This document shows positions 53,294 to 64,000 of a DNA stretch of 64,000 nucleotides, in pieces. Positions within the stretch are counted from its first letter, which is position 1, and each line of letters opens with the position of its first letter. This DNA is from Octopus vulgaris (taxonomy: Eukaryota). A model generated the notes under the pieces. It had not been told where the DNA came from. It saw only the letters and a list, made by a program, of their open reading frames with translations, and made no database searches. A program made the translations under genes and the position numbers. Location of the stretch: the NCBI GenBank assembly GCA_951406725.2, contig OX597821.1, forward strand, positions 43,400,001 to 43,464,000. Reading direction: 5' to 3'.

Positions 53294-54911
53294 TCATCAT
53301 TAACATTTAACGTCTGGTTTCCATGCTGACATGTGTTAAAAAGTTTGACTGAAAATTGGTAAGACAGGGAATTGCACCAGTTTCCAATCTTATTTGGCAA
53401 GTTTCCTATGGCTGGATGCTTTTCCTAACATCAACCACTCTAAGAGTGTAGTGGGTGCTTTTTACATGTCACTGGCACAGGTGCCATTGATGTGACACTG
53501 GCATCAGCCATGGCTATGACCTCACTTGACTTGACAGGTCTACACCAGCATGGCCCAATGTTTGAATGGTGCTTTTTATGTGCCACCAGCATGGGTGCCA
53601 GTCAGACGGCACTGGCATCAGCCACAACTATGATTTTACTTGGCTTGACAGGTCTTCTTAAGTACAGCATATCACCCAACATTTGAAAGGTGCTTTTTAT
53701 GTACCAGTTATGCGACAGTGGCATTGGCCATGACTACGATCTCATTTGGTTTGATGGGCCTTCTCAAGCACGGCATATCACCAAAGGTCTTGGTCACTTG
53801 TCATTACCTCTGTGAGGCCAACATTTGAAGATCATGCTTCACCACCTCATCCCATATCTTCCTGGGTCTACCTCTACCACAGGTTCCCTCCACTGTTAGA
53901 GTGCAGTGCTTCACGCAACTGTCCTCATCCATACACATCATGACCATACCAGCGCAGTCATCTCTCATGTACACCACATCTGATGCTTCTTATGCCCAAC
54001 TTTTCTTGTCGTGCATGCACACTGACATTACATATCCAGTGAAGCATACAAGCTTCATTTCTTACAAGCCTAGGCATGTCATCAATAGTCACTGTCCATA
54101 TTTCACTACTGTGTAGCATGGCTGTTTACACACAAGCATCATACAGTCTACCTTTCTGAGAGAGAGGCCCTTTCTTACCAGCAGAGGTAGGAGCTCTCTG
54201 AACATCCACTCCTGCTACTGACTTGGTCACTTACATAACAGAAGCTATCAACTACTTCTAGTTTTCCCCTCTGACATGTAATGGAGTTTATTTTCTGTAA
54301 AATTTTAGAGTTAATTGTGCATGTGCAACTTCCACACACAAAAACTATTTTCCCTGTTAACCTTCCTCTGATATTGCTGCACCTCTTAAGTGTTCATAAC
54401 TTATACCGGGTACATCTTATGGAGTTTCGATCTACACTTTTCCTACAGATCGAACAGAACCATCTACCTGAAGGGATTTGTAATTTATCTGCTCTTCTAC
54501 TTACTAAGACTTTGGTTTTTGCTAGATTAACTCTAAGACCCTTCAATTCTAGACATTGCTTCCACACCGGGAACTTCTCTAGTTCTGGTAGTGATTCAGT
54601 TATAAGAACAAGGTCATCAGCATAGAGGTGTTCCCAGGGGCAGCCTGTCTTGAATTCCTCTGTTATTGTCTGGAAAGCTATGATGAACAAGAGGGTCTGA
54701 GGACTGATCTTTGGTGAAGCCCTACTTGTACTCTGAATTCTTTGCTATACTCATTGCCAACCCTTACCTTACTGACAGTATCCCTGTGCATGGCTTGTAC
54801 AGCTCTCACCAACCACTCATCTATCCCTAGTTTCCACATTGATCACCAGATAAGGGATTGGGGGGTTCCTGTCAAAGGCTTTCTCCATGTCAACAAAAGC
54901 CAAGTACAGAG

Positions 54912-54912
<1 letters not shown>
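53294..54912 (-). mobile_element. RTE-clade LINE, 5'-truncated and decayed, with partial reverse transcriptase
   Basis: ORF 54690-54394 contains LYADDL, GLRVNLAKTKVL and CSICRK. The C-terminus is GRGRPRKIW-like, and the 3' UTR and tail match 25655-26237. Confidence 0.92.
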
Positions 54913-54953
<41 letters not shown>

Positions 54954-56199
54954 TTATATTTCATATTGCTTATACATACACATACCTTGATGCAAGGGGA
55001 GTTTTTAGGAGTTGAGCTATTTTCTACTCTGCTAAGCCTACATGTACTACTCCATCTCTCATTTCCCTACCACCTGTACAGGGCATCATCCTCATCATGT
55101 TGTACCCCTCACCCTCATTTCCCTACCCAATACACTCTGACTTCACTTTTTGCTGTGCTATTATGCATCCCTCTTTCCCTTTTTGGCCAGCCATCACAAC
55201 TCAGTACCTTTATCTGTGTCCACCTCTGCTGTTACCAATCATTTTCTTTTCACTCAACCTCAAATAACCCTACCTTTTCCATCATACTCTTTGCTCTTTT
55301 CACCTACTTAGCCTTACCTATGTCCATCTTTTCTATTGTCAGTCATTAAGCTCTTCTCTACTCCACATTTTCTACAGTCATTCCTTTACTGGTAGATTTG
55401 GACACACTCATGCTGTGCTTTCATTTGAGTGAATGGTGAGTGACATTTCTCTTGTGTTGATGGTGCCACATCAAATGCACCCAATATACACTGTGAAATA
55501 GTGAAGAAAGTGGAGAGTTGTGATGTCCCTTTTATTATGTCTTGTGACCAATCAACCTCTCATATTGGTGCTACAAGAAAGAAAAAATAAGCATTCAACA
55601 CATTCTGTAAAGTGATTGATGATAGGAAGGGCATTTAGTCATAGAAACTAAGCTAATTGATGTGTGAGCACCAGTCTGAGACAGTGGCTTCCCCCAAAAA
55701 GTAACTTGAACTGTGAAGACTCATCCAACCCATGCCTGTATGGAAAGCAAATGTAGGATTATGATAATATGTAATAGACATATAGGTATGGATACGGAGT
55801 TTTTTTTTTGTAACCATGAAGCCATGAGTTTTGTCTCACTGCACAATGCTTTGGGCATGTGTCTTCCCCTGTAGCTTTGGGATTGTATGGAAGCTCTTCA
55901 TGTGAATGTGTATACATATGTGTCTATGTCAATTTTTACATTCTTTGTCTTTGCATTGATACATTGAGCTAAAAATGGGTGACATAAGTTGACATGACCT
56001 GCCAACAAAACAGATCTTCTCGCTCACTAATGCATATTTATCTAAGTTATGGTCCCAATCATGCCAGAACGGAAGACGGACATTAAATGATGATGATGAT
56101 GATGATGCTAGCATGGAAAAGCGGATATACAATGATACACACATTTTATATACAAACACACACACACACACACACACACTTAATATAGGTACATGTATA

Positions 56200-56870
56200 A
56201 TTGTTATTTTATGTCCACTTTTGGTACTGATGTAAGTTGGATGAGTTGTTGCTGCTCTCTTAGATAGACCAGAGAAGTGACCTCTTGAGTCACTTCATCT
56301 TGTGAAATGTGTAATGAGATAGTAGGCTTCTTTCTGCTGCAGTTCTTTCTTGGTCTATTTAGCTACTCTTCATGCATTTGAAATCTTGTTGGAATGTCTG
56401 TGCCAGATTCTCTTAGGCTGGGCTTTTTTTGTCTCATTTTCCTTCTTCTGGTATCCATATCATTGCAGTCTTTGCATGCCGAGTGGCTGCTACATGCAAA
56501 ATGTAATTGTTAGGTGAAACTGATATAATGCCATCATGTTTTGCAGAAGGATTTCCTCCTTTGTAATTTTTACCAGTTGTGTTTGAAGATCGTGTGTAGG
56601 CATCATTGGCTGCCTTTTCTAACATTTTCCATGTTTCACAGCAAATTTTCCTTGCAACCATAAAAAATCACTATGGATGATTGCCCAAGCATATGTTATT
56701 CCCTAACAGTATCTCAGCATCTTCCAGAATCTGTATGAGGATTCTAGTTGTTCTCTCAGGACAGATTCTGGGTATACTAAGAACCTTAGCATCATTTCTA
56801 GTATTCACCAGGGTTACATCCTGTCTCCCATTCTTGTTTTGCTTGTGGTTGATTTAGTGATGGAAAGGTA
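56200..56870 (-). mobile_element. Old RTE-like LINE 3' fragment of a different family
   Basis: LHVAATRHAKTAMIWIPEEGK followed by a KR..P...W-like motif, typical of RTE C-termini. Confidence 0.55.
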
Positions 56871-56881
56871 ACCAAGTGTAC

Positions 56882-56919
<38 letters not shown>

Positions 56920-57189
56920 ATTAAGACAGTCATGATGATTATGATGTCTGTATATGATAGGAGATGGATATTATAACACAGAGGACATTTGGGAACAACT
57001 CAGATATCCTTTATGGAACAATTTATTTTGGGTAATAGATATCGGTGGCTGGTGTAAGGTTACAGCCAAAAGGGTGACCTGATGATAGAATAGTTCTGTA
57101 GAGAGAGCTGTTAAGGCATAGAGATATTCCTGGAAATATTGGAAGAAAGTAGGTGTTAAAGAATAATATAAGAAGCAAAAACAGAACCT

Positions 57190-57570
57190 AGACATCAGAT
57201 ATATTTAGCAAGGGGAGTAGTTGAAAGTAGGAAGTTTACCAATGTTCTAAAATGTATGGCTCAGAGACATGAAATATTCGGAATTGATAAGCAGTTTCCT
57301 ACTGAAAATCAAGTTGTCATAGAGAAATTGTATGGAATGATAATGACACACCAGTGTTTACTGTTGTTGAAAAGAAAGTGGCATGAAAGTGAGGGCTGTT
57401 GAATGTGGAGAATGTGTTTGTAAGGTAGTCTACCCCATGTAAACTCAACTGTAGTGATGGGCATCTATCCAAGTTGACATGAGCATGCTAAAGCAATAAA
57501 GAATATGAAGACAGGAAAAAAAGTTGGCCCATTGGGGATAGTTGCTGAGCTGCTTAAAGTATCTATTTGA
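57190..57570 (+). mobile_element. Highly decayed RTE-like LINE internal fragment
   Basis: AIKNMKTGKK.GP.GIVAELLK-like motif at about 57490-57560. Confidence 0.5.
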
Positions 57571-59813
57571 AATAGGGTATATTCACTTGTATAGTCTACT
57601 AGACGATATAGGAAAGTGTCCTATACATTGATATTTATCATTGGTATGCATAAAAGAAGTCTGGGGTTAGTTAATCAAACTAGAAATGATGATTAAATAC
57701 CAGTGTATTTTGAAATATATGATATTAAATTGATATATGGCCTTACAGGTGGCAGCGTAAAACAGTGGTGTATACTAATGCTTGTATTGATGGTGGTAAA
57801 CTGCCTCTTTGTTATAGGCAGCATTAAATTTACAAATAATGTTATTGTTTCTGCTACTGAAAAAGGCTGGATGAAGAATGGATTTGTTTGGTTTGGAATC
57901 ATGCTGGTGCTTTGCTAAAACTGAACCCAATATTTGTATTGGATTATCTTCATGGCTGCCTTACAGATAACAATGAAATAGCCTGCAATAATGTAATATA
58001 CAGAACTTGTTATACTTGGTGATTCAACAAAACATATAATCACTGGACATCTGTATCAATAAACCCTTTAAGCAAAAATTGATAACATTCTATTCTGATT
58101 ACATGTTTAATCACAACCATGACTTTACTGCCTCGTGCAAAATTACAAAGGTTCTAATTACCACAAATTATATCCTGGATAAAGGAAGTGAATAATTGTG
58201 CATTGTAAATGAATATATATGTTTTTTATATTAAAAAAGATGACTGCATATACTTAAATATGGTATTTATTTTAAATTTGCATGGTATTTTGTTCATTTG
58301 AAGTTAAAGTTCTATCTTTTAGAGATATCTAAAATAAAACCATAATAGTTATCTATGTGACGATTAACTTTAATTACACTTTAGATAGTGACAGAACTAT
58401 CTTATTTTTGACAGTCATTTAGAATCTTCCTTAAATTTTAAAAATTATCAGTAGGGCATGTAATCATTGATGATTTCTTACGTTGGTCCCAAGACATTTT
58501 GATTCTCTAACTTTATTTGTGCTTTGGCAAATAGATGAATGGATATCTTTCCAGGTGGGAAATAGGGGTATGAAGATCTACAAACCATATCCACTTTATT
58601 GTTGGCATGTGCACTCCAGTTTAGGTTATGGTTCACAGTTACACTTCAGTCTGATATTGACATCAGGAGAATCTCTGAGGGAAGAGAATATAAAACTTTT
58701 TAAGTATATCCTCCTTTTTCAAAGGAGATGTGCTCAAATGTTTCCTTGTTCAGCAGCTGTGGCCTGTTATATAATTTGTTTTTAGATCTCTGCCATGAAT
58801 GGAATGGATAAACAGATTTGTCAACTTTAATGCAGGTGGGAGTCAAAAGTTATTGGTATGACTTTCAACACAACTACTGTATTATTATACACAGGGCAGT
58901 TGTGATAATAAGCTGCTAGATTTCCTCTTTATTACTTTGTGGAACTGTAATCTGATCCAGTAACAAGTGACATGTAAAACACATGTTCAGTATACATATT
59001 GCAAGTTTTTGTTTTGACTTTGCCCTTGATGGGTGGAATGTGTTTATAAATATTTCGAAGCAACTAAGTAGTTCAGGTATTGACAACTTAGAGGAAGGTA
59101 GACTCATCTGGAAATCTTCAGATTCTTTTGTTTACCTTGGATTTTATGTTTTTACGTAATCTATTTTTTTCTGTTTTGCATTTCCTCCCATTGGTATGAG
59201 AGGACCACCTCTACAAACCCTTGTTTAGAACAAACCTTTATTAACTAAATAACTTTTAAATCGCTATCAAAGAGGATGTGCCAGGAAAACCTCTCATATT
59301 TTACATGGCCATTGGCATGGCAATAGTGAAGTTAGACAGGTGGTAATGGTGTCTTCATGTAGCTAATGTTTTATTTTATTTTTACAATTACCATCATGGT
59401 TTGGACCAATGCACACCATACATTTACTGTTGAAACATCAAGAATGATGAATTTGAGGATTTTTGTTTTTTTGCTGTACCTGATCTTGTTCAATGTACAG
59501 GTACCACACCTGTATATTGAACAAGATTGGTTACATAACTGACTACTCATACATAGTATAGACGGGGGTGGGGTTCTCTTGTGTTTTTTTGAGATTATGA
59601 TGGTATTAAGAAGACTGGATTTATAAATATTTTATATTCTGTTAGCTTACACACACCACACATGCACAGACTGGGTTTATCAGGCTTCATGTGAAGATAT
59701 AGAGGAAGGAAATTTTCTTTTTCTTCGTGTAACACAATAATTTCTACGACCTAAAATTTAAATGTACCTTATATAAGTCATGTATTGTTTATGTTATCAT
59801 CATTATAATTAAT

Positions 59814-60028
59814 CATTTCTACTCTAGGTACAAGGTCCGAAACTTTTGGGGAGGGGGTCAGTCAATGAGATCAACCCCTGTATGCAACTGGTACTTAATT
59901 TATCCGAAAGGATGAAAGGCAAAGTTGACCTCACTGGAATTTGAACTCGGAATGTAAAGACAGACGAAATACCGCTAAGCATTTCACCTGGCATGCTAAT
60001 GTTTCTGACAGCTCACCACCTTAAATTG
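59814..60028 (-). mobile_element. Nin/Deu-like SINE
   Basis: ggatgaaaggcaaagttgacctc core and 13 bp TSD cattataattaat (59801-59813 / 60029-60041). Confidence 0.88.
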
Positions 60029-60289
60029 CATTATAATTAATACAGGACAAATGGGATTAGGTGAAGACCCTCATTGAGTAGATTTCTGAGTATATAAGAG
60101 ATTCTATGTTACCCATACACTGCTATCTGTAAATGGAGATCTGAAATATAGTTCTCTGTACCTTTTAAATACAGTTCTCTGTCCCTTTTAAACTAGGCAC
60201 TTTATTGTTAAATTCTCAAACCTAGAAATTAGTGGGTACAGGTACAGATACATAAAACTAAAGCTACTCATTTTTTCCTAGTGCCGCCT

Positions 60290-60605
60290 AGACTAGTTTC
60301 TGTGCCGGTGGCACGTAAAAAGCACCATCTGAACATGGCCAATGCCAGTGCTGCCTTGACTGGCTTCTGTGCTGGTGCACGTAAAAAGCACCAATCTGAT
60401 CGTGGCCGTTGCCAGCCTCGCCTGGCACGCAAAAAGCACCCACTACACTCACGGAGTGGTTGGCGTTAGGAAGGGCATCCAGCTGTAGAAACACTGCCAG
60501 ATCAGACAGGAGCCTGGTGCAGCCTTCTGGCTTCCCAGATCCCCGATCAAACCGTCCAACCCATGTTAACATGGAGAACGGACGTTAAATGATGATGATG
60601 ATGAT
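60290..60605 (+). mobile_element. Young RTE 3' UTR fragment
   Basis: Three subrepeats of (g)gcacg(t/c)aaaaagcacc, then ggacgttaaatgatgatgatgatgat tail. CpGs are retained. Confidence 0.85.
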
Positions 60606-60644
60606 TTTAAAGATCTAAATTGTAGTTTGAAATATCTTTTTTGC

Positions 60645-61020
60645 GTGTGGTTTAGAAGTTCACTTCCCAATCCCATGGTTTCAGGTTCAGTCCTACTGTG
60701 TGGTACTTTGTTCATTTGTCTTCTATTATAGCTCTGGACCGTTCAAAGCCTTGTAAGTGGATTTGGTAGATGGAAACTAAATGAAGCCAGTCATATGTAC
60801 ATGTGTGGTGTGTTTGTGTTTCTTTGTCTTGACATAATGTGATAGTTGTAAATTAGTGTCACTGCCATACAAGCAGTGTTATTCTTTTCCAGTATTCTGC
60901 TCAAACATGTCTTACTCTGAGGAAATACTACCTTGGAAACAGGTTAGGGTTGGCAACAGGAAGGGAAACCAGCTGTATAAAATCTGCTCAAATAAACTGA
61001 GTTTGACCCATGTAAGCTTG
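60645..61020 (+). mobile_element. tRNA-derived SINE with RTE-like 3' tail
   Basis: Head matches the 15175 family. The 3' part (ggttggcaacaggaaggg..ccagctgta..gacccatg) matches the RTE tail. Confidence 0.75.
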
Positions 61021-63349
61021 TATGTTAATGGTGAAAATTTAAAATGCTGTTTCAATTTATTAAAAAATTCTGATTTAAAAAAGAAAGGAGTTTTAATTAA
61101 AGTGTTTTATTGAAGAACAAATTTTTAACTGAGTTTCAAAATTTTACAGGTTTTATTTCTTTTGAGAGAGAGAGAGAGAGATGCTAAAAATAACATGTTT
61201 TCAAATTGATTATGAAATTTTTCTAGGATTATAATCACCTATGTTTAAAACAGCTCTTTCATTTCATACACACCTCTCAGAGCTGAATGGCAGTGACTCA
61301 GAATTGCATCAAACTAACAGGAGACAGAAGGGTATAATTGAAAGAAGAATTGGCTGTCATTTTTAATATGTCAAACTATTATGTAGCTGCCTTGCTTGTT
61401 GGTTCTTATATATACATAAGATAGTAGGGCAATGTTTGGAGGAAGTTTGGTTGTTCATGCTAAATACAATTAAGAACAGCTCTGTTACATGATTAAAAGG
61501 AGTTTTCTGTTTGTTTTTAATACCTTCAGACTGTAAATACTCATCAATTATTGTTGCTTTTTATATATTTTCATATTTAAAAGATTCAGTATTAAGAAAC
61601 AGTTCCTAATTCAGGTTGTTTATTTGTTCATAATTTTATATGTAACTCTTTTTAAAGTTTGTATTTCTTTTTAATGGTTTCATTGCTGTTGTTATTGATG
61701 TCGTTTAGCTCATAGTCAATCAGAAATGATATTTTCAATAAATAACATTGAATATATCTCAATAACACTGTAATTGCCACTAAGTTGATTTTACAACAGG
61801 TGAATGTTTGTGGCCTGTACTGGTGAAGTTCAAATACCACTTTCAAATTTCATTTGTTGTTCTTTGAAGGATGCAGGAACTTTTACAATGTGAATTATAC
61901 AGCAATTATAATAAATGTGACTAAATACTCTTCCCCACCCCATATAACTTAGTAGTAAAGAATATTCAGTGCATATTATACACGAGATATTTTTTGTGAA
62001 TATTTTGATATATCTACAGATATTAATGGAGCTTATTTGTTGACTTGGATGAGTTGAAGCTAACCCGACTAACATTGACCCACCCATTCAGCCTTCAGTT
62101 TGATAGAATGATTGTGTCTGTGTGAGTTGCCTTGCATTTTAGGTTAATCTCTTTCCTTCTTGCTCTTTTTCTGTCTCTCTCCATCACACTTCTGTCATAG
62201 TAACCTTTGTTTTTAAAGCACATACAATCAATTGAATTGATAGCTGTGCATGACTCCAATATATTTTTATTGTGTCTAGTCTGATATAATCTTAGCCTCA
62301 GACTTAACTAAAACTCAATATTTCTGATGTCCCAAACAATTATAAGGTCACTTATTTAAGAAGTGGATGTAGAAGTGTGGTCAAAATTAACTAACCCCAC
62401 TCAGTGCTCTTTCTTGCACATACTTATTTTATTGACTCTGGAAAGATAAGTAGTCAGCTTTGACAATATTTGAACCCAGAATGTATAAGTAGTGTCAGGT
62501 ATTTTGTTGGACACCATAAAATTAAAATAACACTTATTCACATGAAAGTTAAATTAGCAGGTGACATATATTATCTGTGTTATTAGGATTCTTTTATGTA
62601 ATGTGTTATTGAGAATTTGGGTAGAGATATTCGAAAAAGTTTCTAACAACATATTTACAAATATTTCTTAGTATTATTTATTGACTTGCTTCAGCAAGCT
62701 GTTGAGATATACTTCTGACTTTTATCAAAGCCAGTAGCTTTAATTATTACATCATGACATTTCAGACTTAACTCATTGTCTCTAAATATAAGCAGTTGCT
62801 AATATAATTTTCATGATGCTGAACTGTAATTATATGTTTGGTGGTACAGTGATTTAATTAAATGTCTAGTCATGAAGGTGAACATACATGTGTATGTATA
62901 AACATATACGTGTGTGTGTGTATACACACTTGTATATGAAAGAGAAGTGAGTGTGTGTTCCTTTGGCTTGAATCAGAGAACTTCTGACTCTAAAGTTGTA
63001 CAGTTTTAATCCCTTATTATTAATGGGTGTTGCTAAATTAATGCTATATAGGTTATGAAATGGTTAAGTTGTGACATTGTGCCTTGTTCAGATTATATGA
63101 GCAGTAGGTGGGGGGAAAGTTCTTATTAGGAAGTGAAAGGCTGCTAAAGGCTAAGTACACTTCTAGAGAACCTGTAATATTAATTTATGTGATTGCTTTG
63201 ACATAAATTATCTCTCAAAATAAGCTGATTAACCTCATATCTTTATAACAACTTCTATAGTTACAAACTTTTCGTTTATTTCAGTAACCAAACATTATCT
63301 ATTACTTTGTTGATATATTAACAGGCATTGTTGGAAAGCAACATTTTAA

Positions 63350-63567
63350 CCCTTTTGATGCCAACCTGCTCAAGACCACCCTTGATTCTATGAGATAAAC
63401 TTTTTATTTTGAAATAATTGAAATTTAAAACTTTAAAATTTCAGGCTGACTTGTACTGTTAACACCAGCTTAATAATGACAAAGTTATTTTACTCAATTC
63501 CTCATTATTTTTAAAATCAATTAAAACAATGACAGTATAATCCAACATAAATATGCTAACAAAAAGG
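63350..63567. mobile_element. piggyBac-like MITE
   Basis: TTAA|cccttttgatgcc ... aacaaaaagg|TTAA. Confidence 0.72.
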
Positions 63568-64000
63568 TTAAGGAACGGGTTTGCAAATGATTTGTGCCTT
63601 TACAAACTCTTGTTCAAAACAATAAATAATAAGGTTGCTCTGGAACAAAGCAGGTCTATTGTGGTCTTTTTTCATATGATTTCTTCTTCGCGACCTGTCT
63701 TGTATCAAGACAAATATCATTGGTGATGATTCATTGCTGTCTTGTTTGTTTTCTCATGCTGGTATGAGTGGGGAGGATACCTAAAGTCTGTTGTTAGTTG
63801 GTGCTTTACAGCTGAAGGTCTTTGGCAATGCTAGCTGCTATAATTAGAATGTTTATATCTTTACACACACACAAACAAACAATGGTTATGAAGTAGGGAG
63901 GAGACAAACAACACTATGATGTCAGACGAGTAAAACAGGTGGTGGAAAAAGCTCAGGAAAATAAAGAAAACAATTGCAATTAAGGCATTTAATGAATATA

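Noticed and set aside
60300-60445. CRISPR-like repeat-spacer pattern
   Set aside because: Degenerate subrepeats of an RTE 3' UTR, also seen near 25900 and 53450-53720. The context is eukaryotic and there are no cas genes.

Overview
AT-rich, microsatellite-dense eukaryotic DNA with no operon-like gene content. The repeat repertoire (tRNA-derived SINEs with CORE-like and Nin/Deu-like central domains, RTE LINE tails ending in (ATG)n, (TA)n/(CA)n arrays) points to a coleoid cephalopod, most likely Octopus; this is an inference. The window looks like one or more very large introns of an unidentified + strand gene. It has one convincing coding exon (47737-48005), two candidate frame-preserving small exons (37076-37105, 39324-39377) in a TE-poor island, and a candidate recursive splice site (6349/6350). 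Mobile DNA includes two decayed mariners, one decayed Tc1, a mariner derivative built from two left ends, Tc2/pogo-, piggyBac- and hAT-type MITEs, two non-autonomous Helitrons, RTE and other LINE fragments, and many SINEs. The most striking unexplained structure is a set of foldback elements next to (TA)n tracts, with a short extra tail on one arm and hammerhead-ribozyme motifs. One hammerhead is canonical (18789-18874) and one has an apparent A3-U8 core covariation (20806-20840). A decayed GIY-YIG endonuclease (about 10865-11290) supports a Penelope-like retroelement origin. Most ORFs in the supplied track are spurious. Coordinates were read by eye; ends of decayed repeats are approximate.
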